Shown: one piece after another, positions 28,737 to 37,806 of the stretch
Layout: the number at the start of each line of letters is the position of its first letter
How positions within the stretch are numbered: position 1 is the first letter of the stretch
Origin: a virus
DNA length: 64,000 nt
Reading direction: 5' to 3' (one strand)
Virus record (IMG/VR): IMGVR_UViG_3300042914_003164
Location: 45,691-109,690 of that record
Translations under genes and position numbers: made by a program
Notes under the pieces: generated by a model
Database searches by the model: none
The model's input: the letters and a program-made list of their open reading frames with translations, nothing else
Told to the model about the DNA's origin: nothing

Positions 28737-28862
28737 ATGCCCTACATAATCCGCTTCACCGCTGGAGTTGCGCTGAAAATCCTCAAGGTCACACCACGAG
28801 AGGCCATCGGCTACGGCCTCAGCAAGGAAGACGCACAGCGGCTGGAGGCAATCGCCACGTAA
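28737..28862 (+). CDS. Small hypothetical protein (41 aa)
   Basis: ATG-initiated ORF MPYIIRF... before the terminator. Confidence 0.35.
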   Translation: MPYIIRFTAGVALKILKVTPREAIGYGLSKEDAQRLEAIAT

Positions 28863-28944
28863 GGTGTGTGCAGCCCTTGAAGCGGAGAGTTAGGCGTCCC
28901 CGACTACCAGGCCCCATAATTCCCCAACAATCCACCACCACCTC

Positions 28945-28976
28945 ACCGGGCGCCGCGCTAACGGCCCCGGTTTTTT
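28945..28976 (+). terminator. Rho-independent terminator closing the late operon
   Basis: ACCGGG-C-GCCG cgctaa CGGC-CCCGG followed by T6, between convergent genes. Confidence 0.8.
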
Positions 28977-28995
28977 GTGTAACAGAGTGACTCCG

Positions 28996-29913
28996 CTAAA
29001 AAACTATAGGTGACGCGATTCTGTCAATAAAAGCACGATCTCCCGCAAGACTCGCCTGATCACGCAAAAAGGTCCCCCTGAAGCCCGCCATAAGCAGGAT
29101 GTCATGCCCCTGTTTCACTGCTGCTTGCAGACCCTGAACATTGCTGTTGAGTGGCCATGAGTGATCGGTGTCGAGTATTACAGCCTCTTTGGTATTTCTG
29201 AACTGCCCTTGATTGATTGCCGTGGCAGTAGGGCCAAACCAATCAGCCCCCGTTCTTTTCATCCATCTGGCCTCATTTTGCCCCCTAGATGCGCGGATCC
29301 CGCGTGCATAACTAACACCAATGAGTTTATCACTCCATTTTTTCACCCATTTAACAACCTGACCCTGAAACCATCTAGTGGATGACGCCATGAGTTCATT
29401 GCCCACCTCAAAAACTACGTTGTCTCGATTGGCAAGTGTTTCCACACTACGCCTTACGTGCGCACGTTGATACCTGTTCCACCTGCCTTTTGTGTGAACT
29501 TGATCGTGGCTCTTTGGCCCGAGACCGTTGAAAGCATGGGTCTCCCAAGCCTTTGGAAAAATATCAGGAATGGATCCCTCAAAAAGGCTTACAACGGCAA
29601 CTATGTTGCGCCTTTCTGCCGCTGCAACAGCTTTGTCTAGGCGGTGATAGTATGCGCCATTAAGCGAACCATCCTTCTTCCACGGCAAATCTTTAACCAT
29701 TATCGTTCCGCGTGAATTTGAGCCCCACAGGCTACCATCAGCAATCATTGCTTTATTCTCAACAGTCCATAGCTTGGTGACATTGCCGGTGATCCTGTCA
29801 ATACCAACAGTCTCTCCGTTCATCCTCTGAACAGTGTTCCATGTGTGGTCGCCAGCCAAGCGGATTGGCTTGCCTTTCCAGCGAAAACCTGAATTTTTTA
29901 TGGACAAGGCCAT
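28996..29913 (-). CDS. Glycoside hydrolase clan A-like protein (GH5/DUF6298-like)
   Basis: L.G.HTWN.VQ, Y..RL...V..A....I...VSLF, NVVFEVGNE (acid/base NE), ILDTDH. Confidence 0.6.
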   Translation of the reverse strand: MALSIKNSGFRWKGKPIRLAGDHTWNTVQRMNGETVGIDRITGNVTKLWTVENKAMIADGSLWGSNSRGTIMVKDLPWKKDGSLNGAYYHRLDKAVAAAERRNIVAVVSLFEGSIPDIFPKAWETHAFNGLGPKSHDQVHTKGRWNRYQRAHVRRSVETLANRDNVVFEVGNELMASSTRWFQGQVVKWVKKWSDKLIGVSYARGIRASRGQNEARWMKRTGADWFGPTATAINQGQFRNTKEAVILDTDHSWPLNSNVQGLQAAVKQGHDILLMAGFRGTFLRDQASLAGDRAFIDRIASPIVF

Positions 29914-29953
29914 GGTTAGCAGTCATACAACCAACACCGTAGGCGATTAAGCC

Positions 29954-30892
29954 TCAAACTGCAGTAATTGAAAAGCTTTTTACAATAAATCTAAGCTTGT
30001 TAGTGATGATCTGCAGTTTTTCCCTTACCGCTTGAGGAGTGCATCCAATTTGCTCAGCTATTTCTTTTGTGGAGAGCTGGTCTTCGCCTATTCCATACTT
30101 TTGCTTTATTATTTGTTGCTCTGACTTCGTTAAAGCATTTATCGTCATCAATAGAAAGTTAATCTTTTCGCAGGTATCCTCGTTTTCTCTTATCTCAGAC
30201 TCAACGTCAGCGCTAATAATATCTGCCAGCGAGCAGGTGTCTCTGAGGTTTGCCCTTCCGCCACTTGGTTTGAGGTCAAAAGAGATTATTACGGGATTCA
30301 AGGCCACTGCTGTTTGTATCTTCTCCGGGCTCTCTTCGTTAATAGCTTCGGCTATCTCAGTAAAAGATGGCTCTCGCATCAGCTCTGCGGAAAGCCTCGC
30401 TTTTGCCTCTTTCGCTTGCTTGATAGTCCTCTGTATATGCGCTGGGACCTTGATAGCACCTTCTTGTGATTCAATTGCTCTTGTTATGGCCTGTCTGATC
30501 CACCAGTAAGCGTATGTACTGAACTTGTAGCCCCTGCTTGGCTCAAACTTTTCCGCTGCTCTTGCCAAGCCTATAGCACCCTCCTGCATTAAATCCTGCA
30601 AAGTCATGTGAACTTGCCTTGCCTGAGACTTTTTTGCAATCGTGACTACAAGCCGCATGTTGGCCGAAATCATGCGATTTCTGGCTTTCAGTCCCCTCCT
30701 GGCAATTCTTCTTGACTGCGGATCAAGAGCCTTTAGCGATTCAGCAAGATTTGCGTCTGATACCTGATCAGCAATTTGATTCTCCCTCAAAAGCCTCATC
30801 ATCTCCTGAACCTGCGTACCAAGGATTATCTCTTCGTCGCAAGTCAGAAGAGGGACTCGCGCTACATCACGCATGTAGTCCTCGAAGCTCAT
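29954..30892 (-). CDS. RNA polymerase sigma-70 factor, cyanobacterial RpoD-like
   Basis: Region 1.2 YMRDVARVPLLT.DEE; region 2 NMRLVV.IAKK, DLMQEG.IGL.RAAEKF.P.RGYKFSTYAYWWIRQAITRAI; regions 3 and 4 present. Confidence 0.95.
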   Translation of the reverse strand: MSFEDYMRDVARVPLLTCDEEIILGTQVQEMMRLLRENQIADQVSDANLAESLKALDPQSRRIARRGLKARNRMISANMRLVVTIAKKSQARQVHMTLQDLMQEGAIGLARAAEKFEPSRGYKFSTYAYWWIRQAITRAIESQEGAIKVPAHIQRTIKQAKEAKARLSAELMREPSFTEIAEAINEESPEKIQTAVALNPVIISFDLKPSGGRANLRDTCSLADIISADVESEIRENEDTCEKINFLLMTINALTKSEQQIIKQKYGIGEDQLSTKEIAEQIGCTPQAVREKLQIITNKLRFIVKSFSITAV

Positions 30893-31608
30893 GGCGCCAA
30901 CCTTGCTTTCGAGTAGCGATGCTTTTCATACCATCCAGCAAGCTCTGGCATCCAATCACGAAACTCTTCCATTAAGAGTTCGCATAGCTGTCGAATCTCA
31001 AGCTGGGCGTCAAGTTTGCTCCTTAGATCAAAGAAGTGCATCAATGACCGAGCATTGAAGCTAACAACAAAGTGCTGCCTTGTATCAAATGGGATAATGG
31101 ATCGCGCTTGCTCCTCCGGGCTGCCAGCTCTAATTCGCCTTGCATAAAGAATTGCAGAAATAAGGCAATGCTCTAGGTCTGCATCACGGTCTATTTTGTC
31201 ATAAATGTACCTTTTGCCATTGCGATCTCTGTACTCTCCCACTGGCCTAAGATAGAAGACTTCCTCCAGTCCTCTTGTTCCATTAGCCACATCACAGATG
31301 CGCTTGCCGGAGTACCTAAAAGATTGCACGTCCCAGGAAGTTGATACCCTGTGAGTGCGACCTTGTTGCATCACGGAATGTGGAAACCATCCCACACTAA
31401 ACGTGATCTGGGGATGCTCGTAAGGCCCCATGTGACCCTTTTCGCCAGCAAGTAGATTCCTCACGCAAATCTCTGCAGCTTTTCCTTCCTCCGGCGGCTC
31501 CTCGTCTCCAACAAAATCCTCGCTGTAGTCTTGGTGCATTGCGTACCAGACCACTTGATTTGGATTTGGAGTTCTTGTGAGAGTCTTTACCTTGAAAAAT
31601 GGATCCAC
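30889..31608 (-). CDS. thyX: FAD-dependent thymidylate synthase
   Basis: GH.GPYEH, RTHRV.S.DVQS.RY, EQARS, FNARSLMHF.DLR...AQLEIR. GTG start at 31608 fits the cyanobacterial N-terminus and the upstream promoter. Confidence 0.95.
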   Translation of the reverse strand: MDPFFKVKTLTRTPNPNQVVWYAMHQDYSEDFVGDEEPPEEGKAAEICVRNLLAGEKGHMGPYEHPQITFSVGWFPHSVMQQGRTHRVSTSWDVQSFRYSGKRICDVANGTRGLEEVFYLRPVGEYRDRNGKRYIYDKIDRDADLEHCLISAILYARRIRAGSPEEQARSIIPFDTRQHFVVSFNARSLMHFFDLRSKLDAQLEIRQLCELLMEEFRDWMPELAGWYEKHRYSKARLAP

Positions 31609-31635
31609 GGCGGGGTCGTGGCTGGGGGCAGCCAA

Positions 31636-31665
31636 ACCCTACTGACGGGCAAACGCAACTGTCAA
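31636..31665 (-). promoter_or_regulatory. Sigma70-type promoter for thyX-sigma
   Basis: TTGACA-18 nt-TAGGGT on the minus strand. Confidence 0.55.
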
Positions 31666-31678
31666 CACCGAGACCGGC

Positions 31679-32020
31679 CTAAGGCGTCCCAGTCTGCTGG
31701 TCGTTGTTTTGATGGACGGCGTAAATCGCCACCGATATACTGCCCGCGCCAACCAGCAGGGAGATGATCAGAGGGAGTGCCCAGCTGGCCAGTGAGAACC
31801 CGCCTGACTGCCTGCTGTAGTTGGTCTCCAGTGCCTGGATGCGATCGGTCAGCCGGTCGGTCCTTTCGGACTCTTTGTCGATCCGCGAGGACTGCAGGTT
31901 CAGGCGATCCAAGGTGGCTGCCGCCCCAACTTCAATAGCTTGGTGGACAGATGTGAGCTGGCCCTTCAGCTCGCCCAGGAGGACCCAGATCCTCTCGTTT
32001 TGATCGCTTGCTGAATCCAC
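31679..32020 (-). CDS. Coiled-coil protein with a C-terminal TM helix
   Basis: Heptad region followed by WALPLIISLLVGAGSISVAIY. Confidence 0.6.
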   Translation of the reverse strand: MDSASDQNERIWVLLGELKGQLTSVHQAIEVGAAATLDRLNLQSSRIDKESERTDRLTDRIQALETNYSRQSGGFSLASWALPLIISLLVGAGSISVAIYAVHQNNDQQTGTP

Positions 32021-32100
32021 GAGGCCGGTGCCGACACAGCACTGTATCGAGCCGTCCAGACCAGTTCACGAAAAGTAACAATAAACGGCAATGTATCAGG

Positions 32101-32691
32101 CTACACCTTTGCAAAGGTCACGAATTCGGGCTGATTTTGGTACTTGCCATGCCTATCGCTGTAAGATGTCAAACAGTCCTCACCCTCAAAAAACAAAAGC
32201 TGGCAAACTCCTTCGTCAACGTAAAGCCTACAATCGGCGCTCGATGCGTTACTGAACTCAAGCGTGAGGTGCCCTTCCCACTCGGCTTCTGCTGGTGTTG
32301 TATTTGCGATAATCCCAAGTCTTGCGTAAGTGCTTTTGCCGAGGCACACTACTGTGATATTCCTCGGTACTCTTAGCTTTTCAACCGCAACTCCAAGTCC
32401 GTAAGAATGAGCTGGCAGGACAAAGAAAGTGCCATTAGCGTCAGAATGTAAATGTGCAAGCTCAAGGTTTGCAGTGTTGAAGTTTTTGGGGTCGATGACT
32501 GTTCCTGGGATGTGCCGGAAGATCCTAAAGTCATTGGAAGAGAGCCTGATGTCGTAGCCATAGGAGCCTGTTCCATAGGACAGCAAACCAAGTGAACGAC
32601 TTTCATCGAAACGGACCATCCCCTTTTCAAAGGGGGAGATCATGCCGTTGTTAACTGACTGCTCAATAATCCACTTATCACTCTTTAGCAT
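32101..32691 (-). CDS. dcd: dCTP deaminase
   Basis: SYG.GSYGYDIRL, GKSTYAR.G, NTTP.E.EWEG.LTLEFSN, Y.DR.GKYQNQ. Confidence 0.95.
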   Translation of the reverse strand: MLKSDKWIIEQSVNNGMISPFEKGMVRFDESRSLGLLSYGTGSYGYDIRLSSNDFRIFRHIPGTVIDPKNFNTANLELAHLHSDANGTFFVLPAHSYGLGVAVEKLRVPRNITVVCLGKSTYARLGIIANTTPAEAEWEGHLTLEFSNASSADCRLYVDEGVCQLLFFEGEDCLTSYSDRHGKYQNQPEFVTFAKV

Positions 32692-32955
32692 TTAACCAGG
32701 GATCCTAAGTTGACGATGGTTTCCGCTTCCAGTATCGCTTGCCAGTGGCCTAGTTGACAAGTGGGGCAAGCAAAACTCAAGCTGCTCGTTACCAAGTACA
32801 CATCCATACACATCACAGGAAAACGTGTAAATATTTCCAGAGGGAAACTTTGATGTCTTTGTTGTTGTTTCGATGTAATTGATTGTCATGCCTTTGTCAC
32901 CAAAATATCTTGGGTAAACCGTTTGACCGACTTTCGGGGGAGATGGCTTCAGCAT
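32692..32955 (-). CDS. Hypothetical protein
   Basis: ATG at 32955; stop abuts the dcd start. Confidence 0.55.
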   Translation of the reverse strand: MLKPSPPKVGQTVYPRYFGDKGMTINYIETTTKTSKFPSGNIYTFSCDVYGCVLGNEQLEFCLPHLSTRPLASDTGSGNHRQLRIPG

Positions 32956-33570
32956 TGTTGCTATTTGGCTGTTGGGCGGGCCGAATGGGTTGAAATGCTC
33001 AGGTTTGCATCGGCTACAGACATGGTAGCGCGACAACAAACAAAATTCCACGCCCTGCCCGCTCAAATCCGCTGCAGCGTGCAGCAGGGATGCTCAGCCT
33101 GGCCCCAAGGGCTCGCCATTGGCGCCCAGGAGCCCGAGGCAGACCCCTTGACCGGCCCGAGGGGGGATTGACCGCTCGACTCGCCCTAGGAGCCCGCGCA
33201 GCCGGAGATAACTGGAGGTGACAGCCTGCCAGTTATCTCTCTATGGCCGGGGTGTTTTAACTCGCCTATGAGGATCCCCATGCCCAATCTACCACGTAAT
33301 TCCGGCAGGGCGCGACTGCAGCCATTTCCGCTCGACCCCCTTGGGGCGCCCTGAGGGGCTTGACAACCTGCAAAGAAGGTAATACCCTCAAATAGCCAGT
33401 CTATCGGTTTATGGCCAGAACAACTATTTACATTCCCGACAAAATTTATCTTGATCTGGTCAAGGAGCAACAAAATGAAAGATTGACTTTTTCGGGAGTT
33501 TGCTCGGAAGCCTTCAAAACTTATTTGAGGCAAAAACGCAAAAAAGCGGAATCTGCAATGTTGAATGAAC

Positions 33571-33603
33571 AATAAAAAGCCCCCGCTGGCAAGGCAGGGG
33601 CTT
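33571..33603 (-). terminator. Hairpin/terminator upstream of the replication initiator
   Basis: AAAAAGCCCC...GGGGCTT; reads as a stem plus T-run on the minus strand. Confidence 0.55.
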
Positions 33604-33664
33604 ATCTCTTTACCCAGCCAGATCGTAGCGCACCACCGATCAAAAGGCAAGCACTTCAACCCAA

Positions 33665-34732
33665 ATGGCAACCCAGGAAAAGACTGTTGTTTTTAGGTCC
33701 TTATCAGCTCGTGACAGATTCACCCTTGTAGCTAATGCAGCTTTAAGGGATCCGCGTATCAGCTACAGGGCCAAGGGAATTCTTGCAACATGCTTGTCGC
33801 TCCCTCAAGATTTTGAATTTACAAGAAAGTGGATTGAAGAGCATGGCACGGAAGGTCGTGATTCAATTATTGCAGCGCTAAAAGAACTTAGAGGCTACGG
33901 CTACTTAGAAAACATTAAAGAAAAAGATTCGCGAGGTCGAATTTTGGGTGAATTTTACAGGTTCTCCGATGAGCCAGCCCCGGCCCAGGCACCCGAAAAG
34001 CCCCCCTTCGAGCCCTCTGACCGGCGCCCTGAAAAACCGGCGTCCGGGTTTCCAGTACGCCGGTCCCCCGATGAGGCCCCAAAAAACTCTGTCACAGTAC
34101 CGTTATGTCCCAAATCGACTGCGGCAACAGATGATTTGCGCGATTCTGAAGGGATTGTGAACGAAGGGGTTGACAGGGTGGGTAGATTACCCGCGTACCG
34201 TGTCGGTGCGGGAAACATCAGTAACGGAAGAACGGAGTCAGGCATCTCCTGCCTTCCAAGCAACCCCGGCCTTCAGGGTTCAGGAAGCTCTCAGCCAGAG
34301 AGGCAAGGAAGCCTCCAGCTAGAGAGGCAACCTGGCTTAAGTGTCTTAAAAACCCCCACGGTTGGGGAAGGTGTCGGGAAGGAGTCTGAGGAAACCCCTA
34401 GGAAACCCCTTGTAATTTCGGATTCTCTTCACATTCCCGCTTGGCTTCAGCCATATAAGCCTTACTTGCTGAAATGGCTGGAGAACAGGAAAAAGAAGCA
34501 TAAGCTGGATCCAGAATTTACAAAGTTCACGTTAAACGGATTAACGTATGCAAGGGATCTTGGTGTTCTTGCTGAGTATTGTGAGTATTCTGCTGAAATG
34601 AACTGGAGGTCTCTTGGTTTTGCAGGCCATAAAGAGTTAATACAGAAGCTTGCAAAAGAACACGGCAAAGCCATAAAACCAGAAAAGCCTGTCATGGCTG
34701 ATATTGTCTATACCCTTGGCGTTAACAAATGA
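33665..34732 (+). CDS. Phage replication initiator (N-terminal winged-HTH)
   Basis: FT.V.N..LRD.RISYRAKGIL...LSLP.D...EGRDSI.AALKEL...GYL motif; directly upstream of DnaB. Confidence 0.8.
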   Translation: MATQEKTVVFRSLSARDRFTLVANAALRDPRISYRAKGILATCLSLPQDFEFTRKWIEEHGTEGRDSIIAALKELRGYGYLENIKEKDSRGRILGEFYRFSDEPAPAQAPEKPPFEPSDRRPEKPASGFPVRRSPDEAPKNSVTVPLCPKSTAATDDLRDSEGIVNEGVDRVGRLPAYRVGAGNISNGRTESGISCLPSNPGLQGSGSSQPERQGSLQLERQPGLSVLKTPTVGEGVGKESEETPRKPLVISDSLHIPAWLQPYKPYLLKWLENRKKKHKLDPEFTKFTLNGLTYARDLGVLAEYCEYSAEMNWRSLGFAGHKELIQKLAKEHGKAIKPEKPVMADIVYTLGVNK

Positions 34733-36165
34733 AAGCGGCAGAAGCCTCTCAAGTTATCTCCCAGATGAGAACCTGGGATACATCAGAAGTTGAAGACTCT
34801 TTTCTTGCTTCTTGTGTGTATTTTCTTGAAAATCAAATTGGCTCAGCCGATCAACTTTGTGAAATAGTTGCAAGCGTTAACAAGGAATGGTTTAGCCATG
34901 CTCACAAGAAAGCTGTCTTCTATGTTGTAAGGAGAATTGTTCTAGGATCTGGAGATACCGCCTTTGTCATTCCTGGCAGTATTGCCATGATGGCAGAAAA
35001 GATTCTTGTTGCTGGTGGTCATGTAAAAGAATGTGAGCATATTCAATCTGTTACCAACTGTCCTTCCCTATTTTTTGACGTTCAATCGCTTGCTAGTATT
35101 ATTCCGCTCTGGCGTATAAAGCTAATAAGAAGACAGCTAAGGGACAACGCAGAACAGATTATTGACTTGCTTGATGCAGATCCAGATCCAGAGGTATTTG
35201 AAAATCAAATTCCAAATCTTATAGAAGCTCAGCAAGAAACCTGGCACAACGCTTCTGTGTCAGGTCAGAGCGGTGCAAGCTGGGAGGAAACAATCGAGAA
35301 TGTGCTAATGCCCTTGCCAGATGACATTTCCATGTCAACTGGTTTGAAGGTTTTAGACGAGGAGATACAGGGTGGAATCGCAAAAAGATACTCTGTCTAC
35401 TCGGGCAGGCTAATAGTTATCGCAGCTAGGCCGTCTATGGGTAAAACAGCTGTCTCTGTTTGCATTGCAACAAGTCTTGCGCGGTATTCTGGTGATGTTG
35501 CCTTTTTCAGTCTTGAGATGTCAACTGAGCAGGTTCGTTACAGGGCGATAGCCTGCTATGACTACCTTACTCTTAAAGATAATTCTAATTTGACAAATCC
35601 AATTAGGCTCGGGAATCTGCGCCACAGGTCATACACGCCAGATCAGCGCCAAAGACTTCAAGCTATTGGGGGATCCGGTTTTATACAAAGATTTCATATC
35701 TTTGATATACCAGAAAGCCTTAGTACCATTGCTGCAAAGATTAAGCTCTTGTGCAAAACAAGGAAAAATCTTTCCGCTATCTTTATTGATTACCTTCAGT
35801 TGATTGATGGCTGCTCCGGCGATGCAACAAACTCTGAAGCATCAAAAATTGGTGACGTAACAAAAGCCCTTAAGCGACTTGCAAGGTCTTTTGGCATAGA
35901 CATTATTCTCTTAAGTCAGCTCAACCGAGGAGTTGAAAACAGAAATGACAAGATGCCAAACCTTGCTGATCTTAGAGCGTCTGGCCGCATTGAAGAGGAC
36001 TCCGATATTGTTATGTTCCTACTTCGACCATACTATTACGACAAAGAAAAGGATCCCTATGAACTTGCTATTGGTGTAGCAAAGAACCGCGAGGGAAATT
36101 GCGGCGTTTTACAGTGCAGTATTGAGGTTCAGAGTTCCGTCGTTTTTGACCGTACATTTCGATGA
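34729..36165 (+). CDS. dnaB: DnaB-like replicative helicase
   Basis: AARPSMGKT, FFSLEMS, IDYLQL, LSQLNR.VE.R.DK.P.LADLR.SG.IEEDSD, KNREG. Confidence 0.95.
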   Translation: MKAAEASQVISQMRTWDTSEVEDSFLASCVYFLENQIGSADQLCEIVASVNKEWFSHAHKKAVFYVVRRIVLGSGDTAFVIPGSIAMMAEKILVAGGHVKECEHIQSVTNCPSLFFDVQSLASIIPLWRIKLIRRQLRDNAEQIIDLLDADPDPEVFENQIPNLIEAQQETWHNASVSGQSGASWEETIENVLMPLPDDISMSTGLKVLDEEIQGGIAKRYSVYSGRLIVIAARPSMGKTAVSVCIATSLARYSGDVAFFSLEMSTEQVRYRAIACYDYLTLKDNSNLTNPIRLGNLRHRSYTPDQRQRLQAIGGSGFIQRFHIFDIPESLSTIAAKIKLLCKTRKNLSAIFIDYLQLIDGCSGDATNSEASKIGDVTKALKRLARSFGIDIILLSQLNRGVENRNDKMPNLADLRASGRIEEDSDIVMFLLRPYYYDKEKDPYELAIGVAKNREGNCGVLQCSIEVQSSVVFDRTFR

Positions 36166-36371
36166 AAAAAGTTCAAATCTCCTCTGCGCCTGACTGGGCG
36201 GCAATCTTTGCTAAACGCCCGGACCTTGAGGCACCTGGCTACCAAGAAATTCTTGCTCAAGTTAGGTCAAAACAGCCTGATTACGAGGCCCAGAGAATCA
36301 GGGAAAAAATGCAGCAAATCCACAAGGAAAAAACCAGCGCTAAAAACAGAAATAAGAACAGAAAGAAATAG
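36162..36371 (+). CDS. Small basic hypothetical protein
   Basis: ATGA overlap with dnaB; W..IF..RPDLE.PGYQE. Confidence 0.65.
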   Translation: MKKVQISSAPDWAAIFAKRPDLEAPGYQEILAQVRSKQPDYEAQRIREKMQQIHKEKTSAKNRNKNRKK

Positions 36372-36375
36372 ACTA

Positions 36376-36537
36376 TCAGTGTTGCCAAATGGCGTTGATT
36401 CTGTTTTCTGCGTCAATGATTGCTGGGGCGAGAGCTGGCAGGCATTGCGGCGCATTGAGCAAAATCGTCTGCCTAATTTCAGCCATGTCCTTCAACAGCG
36501 CATGGATATTCGCTGGAATCTTCACGGAAGTTTCCAT
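36376..36537 (-). CDS. Small hypothetical protein (53 aa, METSVKIPANIHALLKDM...), not in the ORF track
   Basis: Translated by hand; amphipathic helical sequence; fills the gap; preceded by GCTAGGCT on the minus strand. Confidence 0.55.
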   Translation of the reverse strand: METSVKIPANIHALLKDMAEIRQTILLNAPQCLPALAPAIIDAENRINAIWQH

Positions 36538-36615
36538 GTGATTTGTTCTGTTGTGGTGCCACTCCAGCTACTCGCCTGGCCGGGAGAGGCGTTTGCCTGT
36601 CAAGCCTAGCCTCGC

Positions 36616-36972
36616 CTACCACTCCGGCTCTGGCATGTCGTCATCGTCGCTGGCTGGCAACTCCAGCATCTCCTCCAGTCTTTCGATCTGGACCGCTTGG
36701 AAGTCGATTGGCGGCATAGGCATCCTCCTGAGGTTGCGCTTGCTGTTCGTTGATTGTTCGATGCCGTTCACGTCGCAGTACCGCTCGTACCAGTCCCTTA
36801 CCATGCTTGGGGTCACGAAACCCTGAAGCAGGTTGGCAACCGATGGCACGTCCTCCCCCTTTTCAAAGAGCAGCTTTGCGGTGATCCGCAGAATCCGGTT
36901 CAGGCTGGTTGCGCCTTTTGTGCTCATGGGTGGCTTTGCACTCGTAAATATGGTAGGATCAGAGGCGTACAT
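36616..36972 (-). CDS. Hypothetical protein (start may be 36927)
   Basis: Fills the gap, divergent from sak; acidic C-terminus. Confidence 0.6.
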   Translation of the reverse strand: MYASDPTIFTSAKPPMSTKGATSLNRILRITAKLLFEKGEDVPSVANLLQGFVTPSMVRDWYERYCDVNGIEQSTNSKRNLRRMPMPPIDFQAVQIERLEEMLELPASDDDDMPEPEW

Positions 36973-36998
36973 CAGTTTGGGGTGCGACCCCGCGATTC

Positions 36999-37772
36999 GT
37001 GAACATCAACGCTTTTACAGAGAAGCAGATCCAAGAGCTTAACCAGACTCTCTCTGGTGCCGCTGTCAAACAAAGGGAGCAATCTGGTCGCAAGCTTTCC
37101 TACATTGAAGGCTGGTGGGCGATTCGTGAGGCAAATCGCATTTTTGGCTTTGGCGCTTGGGACCAGAAACTGGTTGACATCAAGTGCGTTGCCGAGAAAG
37201 AAAGGAAGATTGGCCGTGACAAAAGGGATGGGTGGGGTGTTTCCTACATCGCAACCGTTTGTGTCGAAGTTGCAGGCGTTATTCGTGAAGGCGTTGGCGC
37301 TGGTCACGGCATTGACGTTGACCTTGGCCTAGCTCACGAGTCTGCTATCAAAGAGGCTGCCACTGATGCAATGAAACGTGCTTTCATGACATTTGGCAAT
37401 CAGTTTGGCCTTGCTTTGTATGATAAGGATCAGCAAAGTGTTGAAGATAAGCCGCTCTCCACGGAAAGCGTTTCTTCTGAGGCTGACAAGGTAAATCAGG
37501 CGTTCATGGACAAGCTCATGAACAAAATGCAAGAATGTGGAATCGACTCAAACGGCATCAGGACCCTTAAGCATATTCTGAGGGTTGAAGATTTCGATCA
37601 AGTCAAGGAGCCCATCCGTGACAAGCTGATCGCAAACCTTACCCCGGCTTATGCTGAAAAGCTGAACCTTGGCCAAAACAGCAAGGGCGATCAGGTGATC
37701 GAGATCATCGCAAAAAAGCTTGAAGAGTCAACCGCGAGCCTCCAACAAGCGGCAGACGACGCTTTCGGTTGA
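36999..37772 (+). CDS. Rad52/22-family single-strand annealing protein (Sak-like)
   Basis: LSYIEGW..I.EANRIFGF..W, REGVG.GHG, AHE.A.KEA.TDAMKRA..TFGN.FGLALYDK. Confidence 0.92.
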   Translation: MNINAFTEKQIQELNQTLSGAAVKQREQSGRKLSYIEGWWAIREANRIFGFGAWDQKLVDIKCVAEKERKIGRDKRDGWGVSYIATVCVEVAGVIREGVGAGHGIDVDLGLAHESAIKEAATDAMKRAFMTFGNQFGLALYDKDQQSVEDKPLSTESVSSEADKVNQAFMDKLMNKMQECGIDSNGIRTLKHILRVEDFDQVKEPIRDKLIANLTPAYAEKLNLGQNSKGDQVIEIIAKKLEESTASLQQAADDAFG

Positions 37773-37806
37773 TCACACAAAAACTTAAACCTTACTCTTT
37801 ATTCAA

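Noticed and set aside
28685-28995. DGR template repeat, avd or reverse transcriptase downstream of the CLec gene
   Set aside because: No AAC-rich copy of the VR and no RT motifs here or in any listed ORF, so a complete DGR cannot be called.
33186-33671. 161-aa minus-strand ORF as a repressor
   Set aside because: No HTH or peptidase motif and atypical composition; likely spurious across a regulatory region.
34170-34200. TTGACA inside the initiator gene as a promoter
   Set aside because: No -10 hexamer at 16-18-nt spacing.
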